From Octopus sinensis (taxonomy: Eukaryota), in assembly GCF_006345805.1 (NCBI RefSeq), contig NC_043000.1, positions 32,736,001-32,800,000 of the forward strand: 64,000 nt of DNA, read 5' to 3'. Every line of letters starts with the position of its first letter. The first letter of the stretch is position 1. The notes beneath the pieces were generated by a model. It saw nothing but the letters and a program-made list of their open reading frames with translations, searched no databases and was not told where the DNA came from. A program made the translations under genes and the position numbers. Below, one piece after another: positions 1-11,459 of the stretch.

Positions 1-363
1 TTCCTTCTGAAGTAGATACTTTTGGCAGTCCTATGGTGGTTATTTATAGTAGTTTTCCAGTTGTATAAGGCCTCTACATTCTATACGTTGTATATATAGT
101 CTTTCTCTGTGTCAGATTTTGGGTGATGCATCCTAGGATCCTGTCATTATTTTTCTTGTTTTCCTATCTATTTTGGTCAGTTCATTTAGTGTCCAGTTAA
201 GGATATTGTAGCTGTAACTTATAACTGGGACAGCTAAAGTGTTAATACCTATTATCTTGTTTTTAGCATTGAGCTCTGTTTTTAGTATTGATCTAACTCG
301 TCTATAATATTCTTTTTTATTTTCTCTTTCATTTGTGTGTGTTGTGTCTTATCTAGTCTTATC
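1..363 (-). mobile_element. R4/Dong-clade non-LTR retrotransposon fragment (region after the RT core), frameshifted
   Basis: Minus strand reads EYYRRVRSILKTELNAKNKIIGINTLAVPVISYSYNILNW...KTRKIMT..MHHPK, typical of R4/Dong ORFs; abuts (ATT)n at 364-388. Confidence 0.75.
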
Positions 364-388
364 TATTATTATTATTATTATTATTATT

Positions 389-713
389 GAGTGAGCGAGC
401 AGAGCATGCCATCAAAGTGACACTGGGGTAAAATATACGAAGCCCAGTATACCCATCATGACTACCCGTCTGATAAGGGTACACCAGGCACATGCATCAC
501 AACCATATGTGCGCGACATGGTGATCTCATATCAAGATAAACAGCACATGACCTTGCAAGTGGAGCCCAGTTAGAATTTTCTTCAGATCGAGTAACCCAT
601 CCCGCTCAAAAGGTCCCTGAATAAGGGTTGTTTAAGGACGTTGAACGAAACACCCATGTTTCCAGAGGTGAATTATTCAAACCCCAAAGAATCCTTCTCA
701 ACACATGGCTATG
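389..713 (-). mobile_element. Non-autonomous element flanked by (ATT)n (family X, copy 1)
   Basis: Same sequence (gagtgag..catgccatcaaagtgacactgggg...) recurs at 2308, 30866 and 31456; each copy starts immediately after an (ATT)n run on the + strand. Confidence 0.75.
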
Positions 714-781
<68 letters not shown>

Positions 782-784
<3 letters not shown>

Positions 785-1672
785 TAGCTTTATTTTTATA
801 GCGTGCTTTCACTTCACTACCGAGCGCAGCTCTGTGTGCTTTGGGTATGTGCTGTGGTTTGTTGTGCTACTCTTACGGTTACTATATTGAAAGTGTTTTA
901 CGGATGAGTGCAGTGCCAAGTGGTGCAATTTTCTGTATGCTATATATATTTGTAAGTCCTGGTGTTTTTGTTATGTATTTGTCTGAATATTTTTTTATCA
1001 TACCTAATGCGCCTACTATGATAGGAATTGTTTTTGTTTTTAGATTCCACATACGAGTTACCTCTATTTCCAGGTCTTTGTATTTTGAAAGTTTCTCCAT
1101 TTCTTTTAGAGAAACGTTGTCATCTGCTGGTATTGATACATCAATTAGAAAGCATTTTTTTTCTTCGTGATCTCTGACAACTATGTCTGGCCTATTGGCC
1201 TTAATTTCTCTATCTGTGTGTATCGGCATATCCCAGAGTATGGTTGCTTTCTCGTTTTCTGTGACCTTTTCTGGTGTGTGCCTTTACCATCTTTTTTCTG
1301 TTGTTATTCTATAGTGTTGGCATAGCTTCCAGTATATGTAGGTCCCAACTCTGTCGTGTCTGTGAATATATTCCTTCTTAGCCAGGACTGGGCAGCCAGA
1401 GATAATATGATTTATTGTTTCTTGTCCATCTCCACATATTCTGCAGTTACTTGTTATATTTCTTTTCATTATATGTTTTTGGTAATTTCTGGTGAGGAGG
1501 CTTTGGTCTTGTGCTGCAATTAAAAATCCCTCTGTCTCTGCTTTGAGTCCTGAGCTTCTTAGCCATTGCTGGGATTTTTCTTTGTCTATTTCTTTTGCAT
1601 TTAGTTTAGTCCAGTATTTACCATGAAGGGGCTTTTCTTGTCATCGTTTTATCATGGTCCGTTGCTGTTCTC

Positions 1673-1674
<2 letters not shown>
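782..1674 (-). mobile_element. 5'-truncated R4/Dong LINE 3' end (CCHC knuckle, restriction-like endonuclease, 3'UTR)
   Basis: ORFs 1284-1469 (CRICG..ETINHIISGC..HRHD) and 882-1229 (NRPDIVV..CFLIDVSIP..EKLSKYKDL); (ATT)n on both sides (713-781 and from 1675). Confidence 0.9.
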
Positions 1675-1737
<63 letters not shown>

Positions 1738-2264
1738 GTTGTTGTTGTTGTTGTTGTTTTTGTTGTTATTATTGCCTTTGCACAGCTTCTAACGCTAGAG
1801 ATGTATTACAGTGTCAGCCGTTCACTACAAGTGAACTAAGGTAACACCTCTTATTTTTCGAGCACCTTCCGGAGTATTCGAGCAGCTCCATGCAGTGCTG
1901 CTTTCTGCAAGTGCTCCACCCTTATTGCAGCCCCTATTTGTTCCACGTCCTTTTCGAGATTTTTGCTCACTGTTCCCAGGGCTCCGACAATTATTGGTAC
2001 TACTGCTACTTTTTCATCGACCACAACTGCTTAACTTCCCCAGCTAACGTGTCCTATCTCTCGACTTTTCTTTCTTCTTTATCGCATACATTGTTGTCAG
2101 CTAGGCATGCTATATCTATGATCTAGCATGGTTTGCTTTCTTTCTCAATTAAGACTTCCTATTCTCTATCTCATGATCGCACTGATTCATAAAATCCCAA
2201 AGGATCTTTGCATTTCCATTTTCGACGATGCCTTCAGGTTTGTGGTCGTACCAATTTTTTGCTC

Positions 2265-2307
<43 letters not shown>

Positions 2308-2850
2308 GAGAGACCAATGCATGCCATCAAAGTGACACTGGGGTACAAATATACGAAGCCCAGTATATACCCATCATGACTACTTGTCTGATAAGGGTGC
2401 ACCAGGCACATGCATCACAGTCATATGTGCGCGACGTGGTGATCTCATATAAAGACGAACTGGTGGGGCCCAGTTTGAATTTTCTCCAGGTTGAATAGTC
2501 CATTCCGCTCAAAAGGTCTCTGAATAAGGGTTGTTTCGTATGTTGAACGAAACACCTTTGTTTCCAGAGGTGAATTATCCAAACCTCTAAGAATTCATCT
2601 TCGTAGGCTGTGATTTCCACAGAGCTCCCAATGGATCATTCTTGCCAAATTGTCATGGTGTCTTTAGTGTTCGTGTTGTGCCAATTTCGGGCATTCGCTA
2701 ACGATGTACCATATCGTTTCACTCCTCTCACCACACATTCTATCGGTAGTGTTGTCTATTCTGCACTTCATATAACTGGTCTTTAACGCTTGTTCCTGAA
2801 CTGCGCATATGAGTGCTTCTGTCTCTATCTTCAGGTCACTCCTCCACATC
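1738..2850 (-). mobile_element. Second, decayed R4/Dong-type LINE 3' end, interrupted by (ATT)n and a family X copy
   Basis: 2664-2849 reads ETEALICAVQEQAL..CGERSETIWYIVSECPKLA; the frame continues ..MIHWELCGNHSLR / RAKNWYDHKPEG across the insertion and ends QKAALHGAARILRKVLEK* with a (CAA)n-type tail. Confidence 0.8.
2308..2597 (-). mobile_element. Family X non-autonomous element, copy 2
   Basis: Homologous to 389-713; preceded by (ATT)n 2264-2307. Confidence 0.75.
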
Positions 2851-2866
2851 CATAGACACCGGTCCT

Positions 2867-2938
2867 CTTCTCACGGTGTAATGGTTATCACTCTGGACTT
2901 TGGATCCAGCGATCGGAGTTTAAATCTCGGTGAAACCT
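2867..2938 (+). pseudogene. tRNA-Gln(TTG) pseudogene
   Basis: A-box GGTGTAATGG; anticodon arm CTGGA-CTTTGGA-TCCAG (TTG at 2900-2902); T-arm CGGAG-TTTAAAT-CTCGG; 3' TGAAACCT; TTTTT at 2952-2956. The 5' acceptor strand, T-stem and B-box are mutated. Confidence 0.8.
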
Positions 2939-3379
2939 GGCTATTAATATATTTTTGACAGATACCAAAAGACTGGTGATTATTATTATCTCTTCAGTTA
3001 TCGGAAAAAATGCTATGAAAATGACCGTCAAAACAAAGGGAAATTACAGTGCGATTGACCGCTATTAAGACAAAAGAGTTATTTGGATGACCGCTAATAA
3101 AGGGGAGAGGGTAAAGGTAAGGGAGTAGAAATGTTCATAGTAATCGCGTAAGCACGCATGTCCATACATACACATGCTCACCATATACATATATATCTTA
3201 TATATATATATATATATACAGAGTGAGAGAGAAGAGAGAAAGAGAGAGAGATAGATAGATTAATAGATAGATAGATAGATAATAGATAGATAATAGATAG
3301 ATATTACACACACCACACACCACTCAGATACACACACACATATATATATATATATAGTATATATATATATATATATTAT

Positions 3380-3433
<54 letters not shown>

Positions 3434-3572
3434 TTACACAGTTCGATTCTCCATAGCGGCCGATGGCCACTTTTTTCTGTTTATAGGGTTTTACCCAATT
3501 TTCGAAAAGCTTTTTTCACAATTATCTCCTGCGTTCAAGGTGTTATTTTTCTCTCTCTCTCATTCTCTCTCC

Positions 3573-3647
<75 letters not shown>

Positions 3648-3724
3648 ACTATCTATCTATCTACCTATATATAATAATTATATATATATATATATATAAT
3701 ATATATATATTATATATATATTTT

Positions 3725-4335
3725 TTTTTATTGCTGAAATAGGCGAAACTGCAGTATAAGAAGAACTAAGTTTGTAAAAGTTTTTAATTTTCATCTCATT
3801 AAATTTATCCACCTTTTGTGTATCTAGTACACACTTCGCCTTTAATGTACTTATATATGAATAATATATGGCGTGTGCTAGAACACCGGCGATAATAATT
3901 AATTTTATTGTATCGCATTTGACTTTGTTTACGTATTTTCTCGATAAATTTTTGAGCGTTAGACGATATACCAGAAACCACTATTTTGTCGGGTGCGTTC
4001 TGAGTCTGCGCAGTGATTTGAATAGTTTAGAAAGAGCAATTTAATAGACGCACATGCCTCTATTGATGTGCGCTTCCCATAATAACAGGAATCTTACTGA
4101 AGAGCCTACCTGAGTAAATAAATATTATTTTTATTGCTGAAATAGGCGAAACTGCAGTATAAGAAGAACTAAGTTTGTAAAAGTTTTTAATTTTCATCTC
4201 ATTAAATTTATTCAGCTTTCGTGTATCTAGTACACACTTCGCCTTTAATGTACTTATATATGAATAATATATGGCGTGTGCTAGAACACCGGCGATAATA
4301 ATTAATTTTATTGTATCGCATTTGACTTTGTTTAC

Positions 4336-4339
<4 letters not shown>
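3725..4339 (+). repeat. 1.5-unit partial tandem repeat, period 403 bp, carrying a hammerhead ribozyme (retrozyme-like)
   Basis: 3725-3936 is repeated at 4128-4339 (offset 403); no coding ORF; (TA)n on both flanks. Confidence 0.9.
4092..4164 (+). ncRNA. Type I hammerhead ribozyme with intact core
   Basis: Stem I TCTTA(4092-96)/TAAGA(4160-64); core CTGAAGA(4097-4103); stem II GCCTA(4104-08)/TAGGC(4143-47); GAAA(4148-51); stem III AC-TGCA-GT; GTA cleavage triplet at 4157-4159. Confidence 0.88.
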
Positions 4340-4395
<56 letters not shown>

Positions 4396-4501
4396 TCAAA
4401 TACTTAGATATGATTCGGTCAGCATCTCTGATTTAATAGCACCACTTGGAATATATACATATATACACACAAACATAGATACATACATACATCCATACAT
4501 T

Positions 4502-4575
<74 letters not shown>

Positions 4576-4839
4576 GCCACATTCAGATGGCTAATACCCC
4601 TTACGTTGTCGAGCGGTTACTGTTTATATCTCGTTCAGAGATTTATTATTGTTTATATATATATATATATATATATATAATGTATATATGTATATATGTA
4701 TGTATGTATCTGTGTGTGTATGTGTGTGTGTGTGTGTGTAAAGTCAATTCAAATGATTGAATAATAAAATTAACCATAACAGACAACAAGAGGACGTGCA
4801 CAAGAATTGTCTTAGTTTGACGCTCGGTAAAAGGAGAGA

Positions 4840-4875
4840 GTTGTTGACGTTTCGAGCATAACTCTTCGTCGGAAA
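4840..4875 (-). other. Decayed Penelope-type minimal hammerhead motif
   Basis: Minus strand reads CCGACGA-A-GAG-TTATG-CTC-GAAAC-GTC; core U4>C change and poor stem I. Confidence 0.5.
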
Positions 4876-5101
4876 GAAGAAAGGGAAAGTCCAAAGAAGG
4901 AAAAGTAATCGCGCACAGCACGTGTGTAGTTACATTGCTGAAGTGATCGGAAGTAACGTATATATATGTATGGCTCCGAAGATGCTATAAAATATCGCAT
5001 GAACCCTCAGTTCACACTGCAATGTTTCTTGTAGCGGAAACAGCTGTGGGCTAATGTAAAGTTGTTACATAACTACTGTTCTCTTATCAATCACTAATTT
5101 G

Positions 5102-5132
<31 letters not shown>

Positions 5133-5656
5133 TGTGTGTGTGTGGTGTAGAGCCGTAGGAAAATCAGAAAAGTAATTATGTATATAATTAGTGTCAGTGT
5201 ATGCCTGTAGATCCTCTGTCAATTTCTACAAGTCGCTGTGTGTATGGGTTGACATTAACAATTCTTGTACACACGTATATATATATACACACACAAACAT
5301 ACACACATACACAAACATGCATATATACATACATACGCAGCGCACAACACGCACACACGCACGCACGCATACACACAAAGCATGGGCAATTGATTAAACA
5401 GGCATATTCCATGTCTAAGAGTCTCCGGAATTCTTCCATTATCCAATTTATGCTGGCTTTTACAATACCGATTCCTTCTCACGCTATCTTGGTTCCATTG
5501 TTTTATTCTATGGTTTGTTATCATTTAGCCATTATCTGTTTTCTTTCTGTCTGAAAGGAACCACTAAACAAATAGGCATCGCCAGTCGAAGACGATTTAC
5601 TAATAATGATAGTGGAAACTAAATTTTAAAAAAATGAAAACAAATAAAAACAAACA

Positions 5657-5715
<59 letters not shown>

Positions 5716-5877
5716 ATAATAATAATAATAATAATAATAACAATAATAATAATAACAATAATAATAATAGGATTCAGTTATTCTACGAGAAACCGACAGT
5801 AAAAATCGTTGTCGTCATGAGAACCACTATCAATCACACAAACCAAACGTTTCCAAATCAATTGTGGGTGTGAGTTC

Positions 5878-5932
<55 letters not shown>

Positions 5933-5934
5933 AA

Positions 5935-6165
5935 GGCAGCGAGCTGGCAGAAACGTTAGCACGCTGGGCGAAATGCCTAGCGGTATTTCGTCTCCCGTTA
6001 CGTTCTGAGTTCAAATTCCGCCGAGGTCGATTTGCCTTTCATCCTTTTGGAGTCGATTAAATAAGTACCAGTTGCGCACTGGGGTCGATGGAATCGACTT
6101 AATACCTATGTCTGTCCTTGTTTGTCCCCTCTATGTTTAGCCCCTTGTGGGTAATAAAGAAATAG
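5935..6165 (+). mobile_element. tRNA-derived SINE (family A; octopus OR/OK-like)
   Basis: A-box TGGCAGAAACG, B-box GAGTTCAAATTCC, tail ..gggtaataaagaaata; more than 10 copies in the window (e.g. - 7632-7862, - 14572-14800, - 16832-17062, + 19755-20066, - 26388-26598, - 34186-34416). Confidence 0.85.
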
Positions 6166-6959
6166 GTATTCTGTCTGTCTTCATGTTCTGAGTTCAAATT
6201 CCGCCGAGGTCGACTTAGCTTTTCATCCTTTCGAGGTTGATAAGTTAAGTACCAGCTGCCTACTGGGGACGATCTAATCGACTGCCCCCCACCCCAATTT
6301 CATACATACATACATACATACATACATACATACACACATACATACATACATACATACATACATACATACATACATACATACATACATACATACATACATA
6401 CATACTTACATACACACATACGATTATGTATGTATGCATGTGTATATATGATCGCGGATACAAGCGTTCGAATAGGGGGTCTTCCGAAGTGTCTCTGAAG
6501 TAACGTTAGTGAAGTGGGTGCGTAACTCGGAGGCGATGGAGACTCTCCAGGTCGATCCACTACTTCTTCGTATTGAGAGGCCACTACGTATTGAGGGTAC
6601 TACAGACATGTGATGTGCGTGTCGCAAGAACGATGGATTTTTCGAGCAGAGCTAACCAGCAAAGGGACCCTAAAACCCATAGAATCCGTTGCTCACTCAT
6701 GGGATTCCACCTGGAAAGTCTAATGACTGGTGTTTCTGATGGGACCCTAAAGAGGAGGAGATGCCTGCAGATTCTACCCCTCACGAACCTCCCAAGAATT
6801 GTGAGTGGAGACGACGAATACACCCACACCCACACCCACACACACGTGTGTATGTATATATATATATATATATATATACATATATATTTATGTGTGTGTG
6901 TGTGTAGTAGTAGTAGTAGTCGTAGTAGTAGTTAGCTGCACACCTCATGCAGATACTGA

Positions 6960-8904
6960 CATTTACCCCCACACGTCTCCTTTCTCTTCCACTTTCACCC
7001 CCACCTAATCCACAATCCTTTCCACCAAATCAACCGACATTTATTTGACATCTTCCCATACATTAAAACTCTCAACATCACCTTCTTCTTAAACCTAACT
7101 CTTGCTTCCCCCCACCATCCATTGCTTGACGATTTTCTTCGGCTCCCTCCATCCCAGACCAGAAAGTCAACAATTGCAGTTCCCTCATCGTTTCCATCTG
7201 CAAATGTTCCACTGAGCTCATCTTCAAGCACTTAGACTCTTCGCATTCTTCCATTGCACCTCTTTAAATCCACCTCACACCCACCCCCACTCTCGCCCCT
7301 CCCACCCTCCTCGCCTTTTTCTTACTTCTGCTGTAACGCCATTCCCAAACGGAAGCGGTTTTCTTGGCCTTGACTCCCGCTGCTCTTCTCTGCCCAACTG
7401 AATTGTTCTCACATTCAAATACCTTCAATTTTTTCCATGGACTTTTATCAGCAGGTTATATGGGTAACCATGGCAACCAGAATGAACTTCAAATAAACCA
7501 ATTTTTTTTTTCGGACAGTTTGAAATTTAGATCGCCACCCGGTTCACCAGACTCACCGCAGAAGAATACGGTCGTTTCATTGACCATTGGAACAGTGGCA
7601 CTTCATAGTTTTCGTCAACTTCTTCCATCCTATTTCTTTACTACCCACAAGGAGCTAAACACAGAGAGGACAAACAAAGACAGACAAACGGATTAAGTCG
7701 ATTATATCGACCCCAGTGCGTATCTGGTACTTAATTTATCGACCCCGAAAGGATGAAAGGTAAAGTCGACCTCGGCGAATTTGAACCCAGAACGTAAAGA
7801 CAGGCGAAATACCGCTAAGCATTTCGCCCGGCGCGCTAACGTTTCTGCCAGCTCGCCGCCTTAACTTCTTTCATCCTGTCTTAGATTTCCCCACCACCAC
7901 TACCACCACCTCTGTTTACTTATTCCCTTAACGTCTCTGTCTTTATTCCCCACCCCAACATCTTCACTGCTGTCTTTTACGAAGCCATAGTTCTCACTCT
8001 TACCTCGATTTTTTCCTCACCGTCATCCACCTTCTCATTTTCCCTCCTCTCCCTTCCCACACCCTTGTAATTATGATTCTCACTTTGATGTCCAGTCGCA
8101 CCGAATGGTCAGCTACTTCGTTCAACGCGGTCATTCCACCACAACCGTTGATGCTGCTACCACAATGTCAGCATCATCTCCACTGTTATATCTCGTATCC
8201 GTTCGATCACCAACCATTTTCCCGTCACCTCATGTCTCCTGAGCACATTTTGCGGCACTTCTCTTTCCTCCGATCTTATCCAGCTGTTTCTCATATCTTC
8301 CTAGAATGATTTCTCCCTTCCTCCAGACATGATGCATTTTCTGTGACCGAGTCTATAGCCTATTCCCCCCCCCACTTTGTTTTATCTTCGCCACCCCTCC
8401 GGCTCGAAAACCTCCGCCTTCATCCAAAATGTCATCATCTTACGCAGTGATAATTTCTTCTCTGCCGCCAACCAATTCCTCTTTTGGCGACATAGAAAAA
8501 CCTTTGATCTGCAAATCATTTTTAGAGAGAATTTTTTAAACATCGGACATAACAACATCGGATCACATCGGTCCCTGGTTTGTCACTTTCATTCTTCTTG
8601 GTCGCACCTATTTGCACTTTTCTGCTTGTCATGACGTTTTATGAATCTACCGCATCCCAATGTCACCGGGAACAACAGCTGATCATTCGCCTAAGCACCA
8701 AACCGAACAGGGAATAGTAATCACTTTATTTGCCTCAAACCATTTACGTAGCATTATATACGCACCTACGCACACCTACCTGCACATACACTCGCACAAC
8801 ACACTGCTCTGCACACACATACACATCCATGCACATAGAGAATACAAATTCTCACATAGACATATGACATACTCTCTCTAGCTTTCTCTCTTTCGCACAC
8901 ACAC

Positions 8905-8956
<52 letters not shown>

Positions 8957-9180
8957 ACAACCACTCTCAGACGTTGTTTCCCTTGATTAAAAATCCCTTC
9001 TGGTCGAAAAACACTCATCCATGTTATCCACTTCCGTCCAACCTTTTATCAATTTAAGCCTTGAACTGTTTATTGTAAAACATCGTTTCCATGCAACTCT
9101 CTGCTCTTCTTATTTTTTTTTGTTTTCTTTTTCTTGGTGAGGAACTATAGACCGAAACGTTAAGCCTTACTTTATATCTT
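6960..9180 (+). mobile_element. Decayed Penelope-like element (RT remnants and 3' end) with a SINE insertion at 7632-7862
   Basis: Remnants FYQQVIWVTMATRM (QxxGxAMG motif) and HFIVFVNFFHPVLDF..TSV; hammerhead relic GG..TATAGACC-GAAAC-GTT at 9133-9164; the SINE has a 14-bp TSD (aacttcttccatcc / aacttctttcatcc). Confidence 0.7.
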
Positions 9181-9468
9181 CCTTACATCGTGAAATTTAT
9201 CTTATTTTTGAAATTTTCATTGTTTTTTTGTTTCTGAAACCTTTAGAATATGCGCACGCGTATGTATGTGTATATATATGTCTGTCTGTATGTATGCATG
9301 CATGTATGCATGCATGTATGTATGTATGTATGTATGTATGTATGTATGTATGTATGTATGTATGTATGTATGTATGTATGTATGTATGTATGTATGTATG
9401 TATGTATGTATGTATGAGATATTTGTATTCCACTGAAGTTTTAAATGGTATCTATTTTTTATTTGCAG

Positions 9469-9806
9469 TAGACTACTATCCAGCAATGAGAGATGAAGTG
9501 GCTAATCTTTACAAGAAAATCCACCCTTGGTCATACATCCCGTGGAACATCATCGATTTACCTTTTCTCTACAAGGAACCGCCGCAGAAAACGTTACCTG
9601 ATTTTTCAAGTGATGAAATATATTTCGATGTCGGTCTCGGCAAAAGAGGTTCACCTTTCTCTCTTGACATTGCAAAGAGACGTGAAAAGCCGCTTTTGAC
9701 TAAAGGATTGCTTCTAAAGAAACTAGAATTGCTTGCACAAAGAGCTCACCACCTCGAACTTCCTGAAGATAATGATAAGAGAAGACAAAGTCTTGCACAT
9801 TCATAG
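9469..9806 (+). CDS. Terminal coding exon of an unidentified gene (phase 1, about 111 aa, DYYPAMRDEV...RRQSLAHS*)
   Basis: Pyrimidine tract plus CAGTAG acceptor at 9466-9471; complex non-repetitive open frame to TAG 9804-9806; AATAAA-like signals downstream. Confidence 0.65.
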
Positions 9807-10902
9807 GGAAATATTTCGAAAGGAAAATAGAAAAATAAAACTATGATATTTAACAGAAAAAAAATGATAACGATTTAAATGTATTGATAGTGACGTGTGA
9901 AAAATAAGTTAATCGATATGTTTTTGGGAAGTTGAACGATAAATTAAGTTTTGTAAATAAATGATAAACTAACTAAACAGCCATTATCGCACTTTATTAA
10001 AATGAGAGACGGAAACAGGGTTGTTGTTGCAGTTGTTGTTTTTGTTATATAAATTGGTGGTGATGATATTGTTGTTGTTTCTCACAAACCGTATTTCTGT
10101 TGTACAGATGTATGACACTTGTATGACACTTTACACACTTGTATGACACTTTACACCCATTAGGCCATAAATGACACCATGGAAGCGCAGAAGGCTTGTG
10201 TTGCTGCGTCTTTGCGCGTTGTTAGCTGCGGGAACCGAGCCGTCGTTCACAGTCACTAACAACTTGTTCTTATATTTTATCAGCGAATGGTACATTTGCT
10301 GATGTTGGCAAAGTGCTGTCAAGCTGGAATTAAATAATCAGAGGCTCACTAAGCAGTGATAAATGAAATATAAGGTGCATACAATCATGTTTAATACGTT
10401 CGAGCACACTCGGATATGGAAAGACACCTACGATCCGATGACGTCATGCATGACCCAATGGTGTGTTTCTCACACATATTGACTGTATGGAGAATTTTTC
10501 TCTCGAGACAATTTCTGCAGTGTAGTCCTTTTCAAGTCCGAGTGTACACGAATATATTAAATATGGCCGTACACACCTATATTTCATTTAATGCTGCTTC
10601 ATGTGTCTCTAATTAATTGATACTTTTGTTGTAGTTTTTGTTGTTGCTGTTGTTGTTCTTCATATATTTGCTTCTTTTTTTTTAAACTTTAATTGCTCTC
10701 AACTTTTTCTTTCTTTTGTAAAAAGATTTCAGCTCCGCATATCAAGACGATGATGCACGCATCAATTTTAACGATATATAAACTGTATTTCCTCCTGGTA
10801 TTGATTAAACAACACCAACTGAGTCGCCTCGTATTAAGGAAGACAGCACAGATGGGCATTGCATACGATGCCGCAATATAGAAAATATGGTTGAGTGGAA
10901 AC

Positions 10903-10973
10903 GTATAACTTGGACTCTTTGTTACTGGACGTGACACTTTCAGCTCTCCAGTAACAAAGAGTGCAAGCTATAC
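10903..10973. ncRNA. Candidate pre-miRNA-like hairpin
   Basis: 27-nt arms 10903-10929 and 10947-10973 match at 25/27 positions; 17-nt loop. Confidence 0.4.
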
Positions 10974-11124
10974 TTCACTCAGCCATACTTGAGGATTGTT
11001 CATTTCTCTTCACATCTGAAAGTCTTTAGCATGCACCGTTCAGTAACATAAATTGGCTGTTATGAGACTAAATTTATATTACATAAATAAATGTGTGAGT
11101 GTGTAAATACATACATACATACAA

Positions 11125-11191
<67 letters not shown>

Positions 11192-11214
11192 TGACGGTAT
11201 AAGTATAGACATTT

Positions 11215-11416
11215 AAGGCGGCAAGCTGGCAGAATCGTTAGCACGCCGGGCGAAGTGTGTAGCTGTATTTCGTCTGCCGTTACGTTCTGAGTTCAAATTC
11301 AGGCTCGATTAAATAAGTACCAGTTACGCACTGGGGTCGATAAAATCGACTTAACCCGTGTGTCTGTCCTTGTTTGTCCTCTCTGTGTTTAGCCCCTCGT
11401 GGGTAGTAAAGAAATA
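11215..11416 (+). mobile_element. tRNA-derived SINE family A with 16-bp TSD
   Basis: TSD tataagtatagacatt at 11198-11213 and 11419-11434. Confidence 0.9.
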
Positions 11417-11459
11417 GATATAAGTATAGACATTAAGGTTATGACTTTTTCACAACCTA

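Noticed and set aside
7464-7477. Perfect RFX X-box GTAACCATGGCAAC as a promoter
   Set aside because: It is the codons for the RT motif V-T-M-A-T inside the Penelope remnant, so it is coincidental unless shown to be bound.
7558-7630. Minus-strand apparent first exon MEEVDENYEVPLFQWSMKRPYSSA|GTGAGT
   Set aside because: It is antisense to Penelope RT sequence, and the ATG lies within a SINE TSD.
9630-9760. Similarity to CRH (SLD..LAQxAH) or DH31 (DxGLGR) peptides
   Set aside because: The spacing does not match, an internal KRR interrupts it, and the amidated C-terminus is missing.
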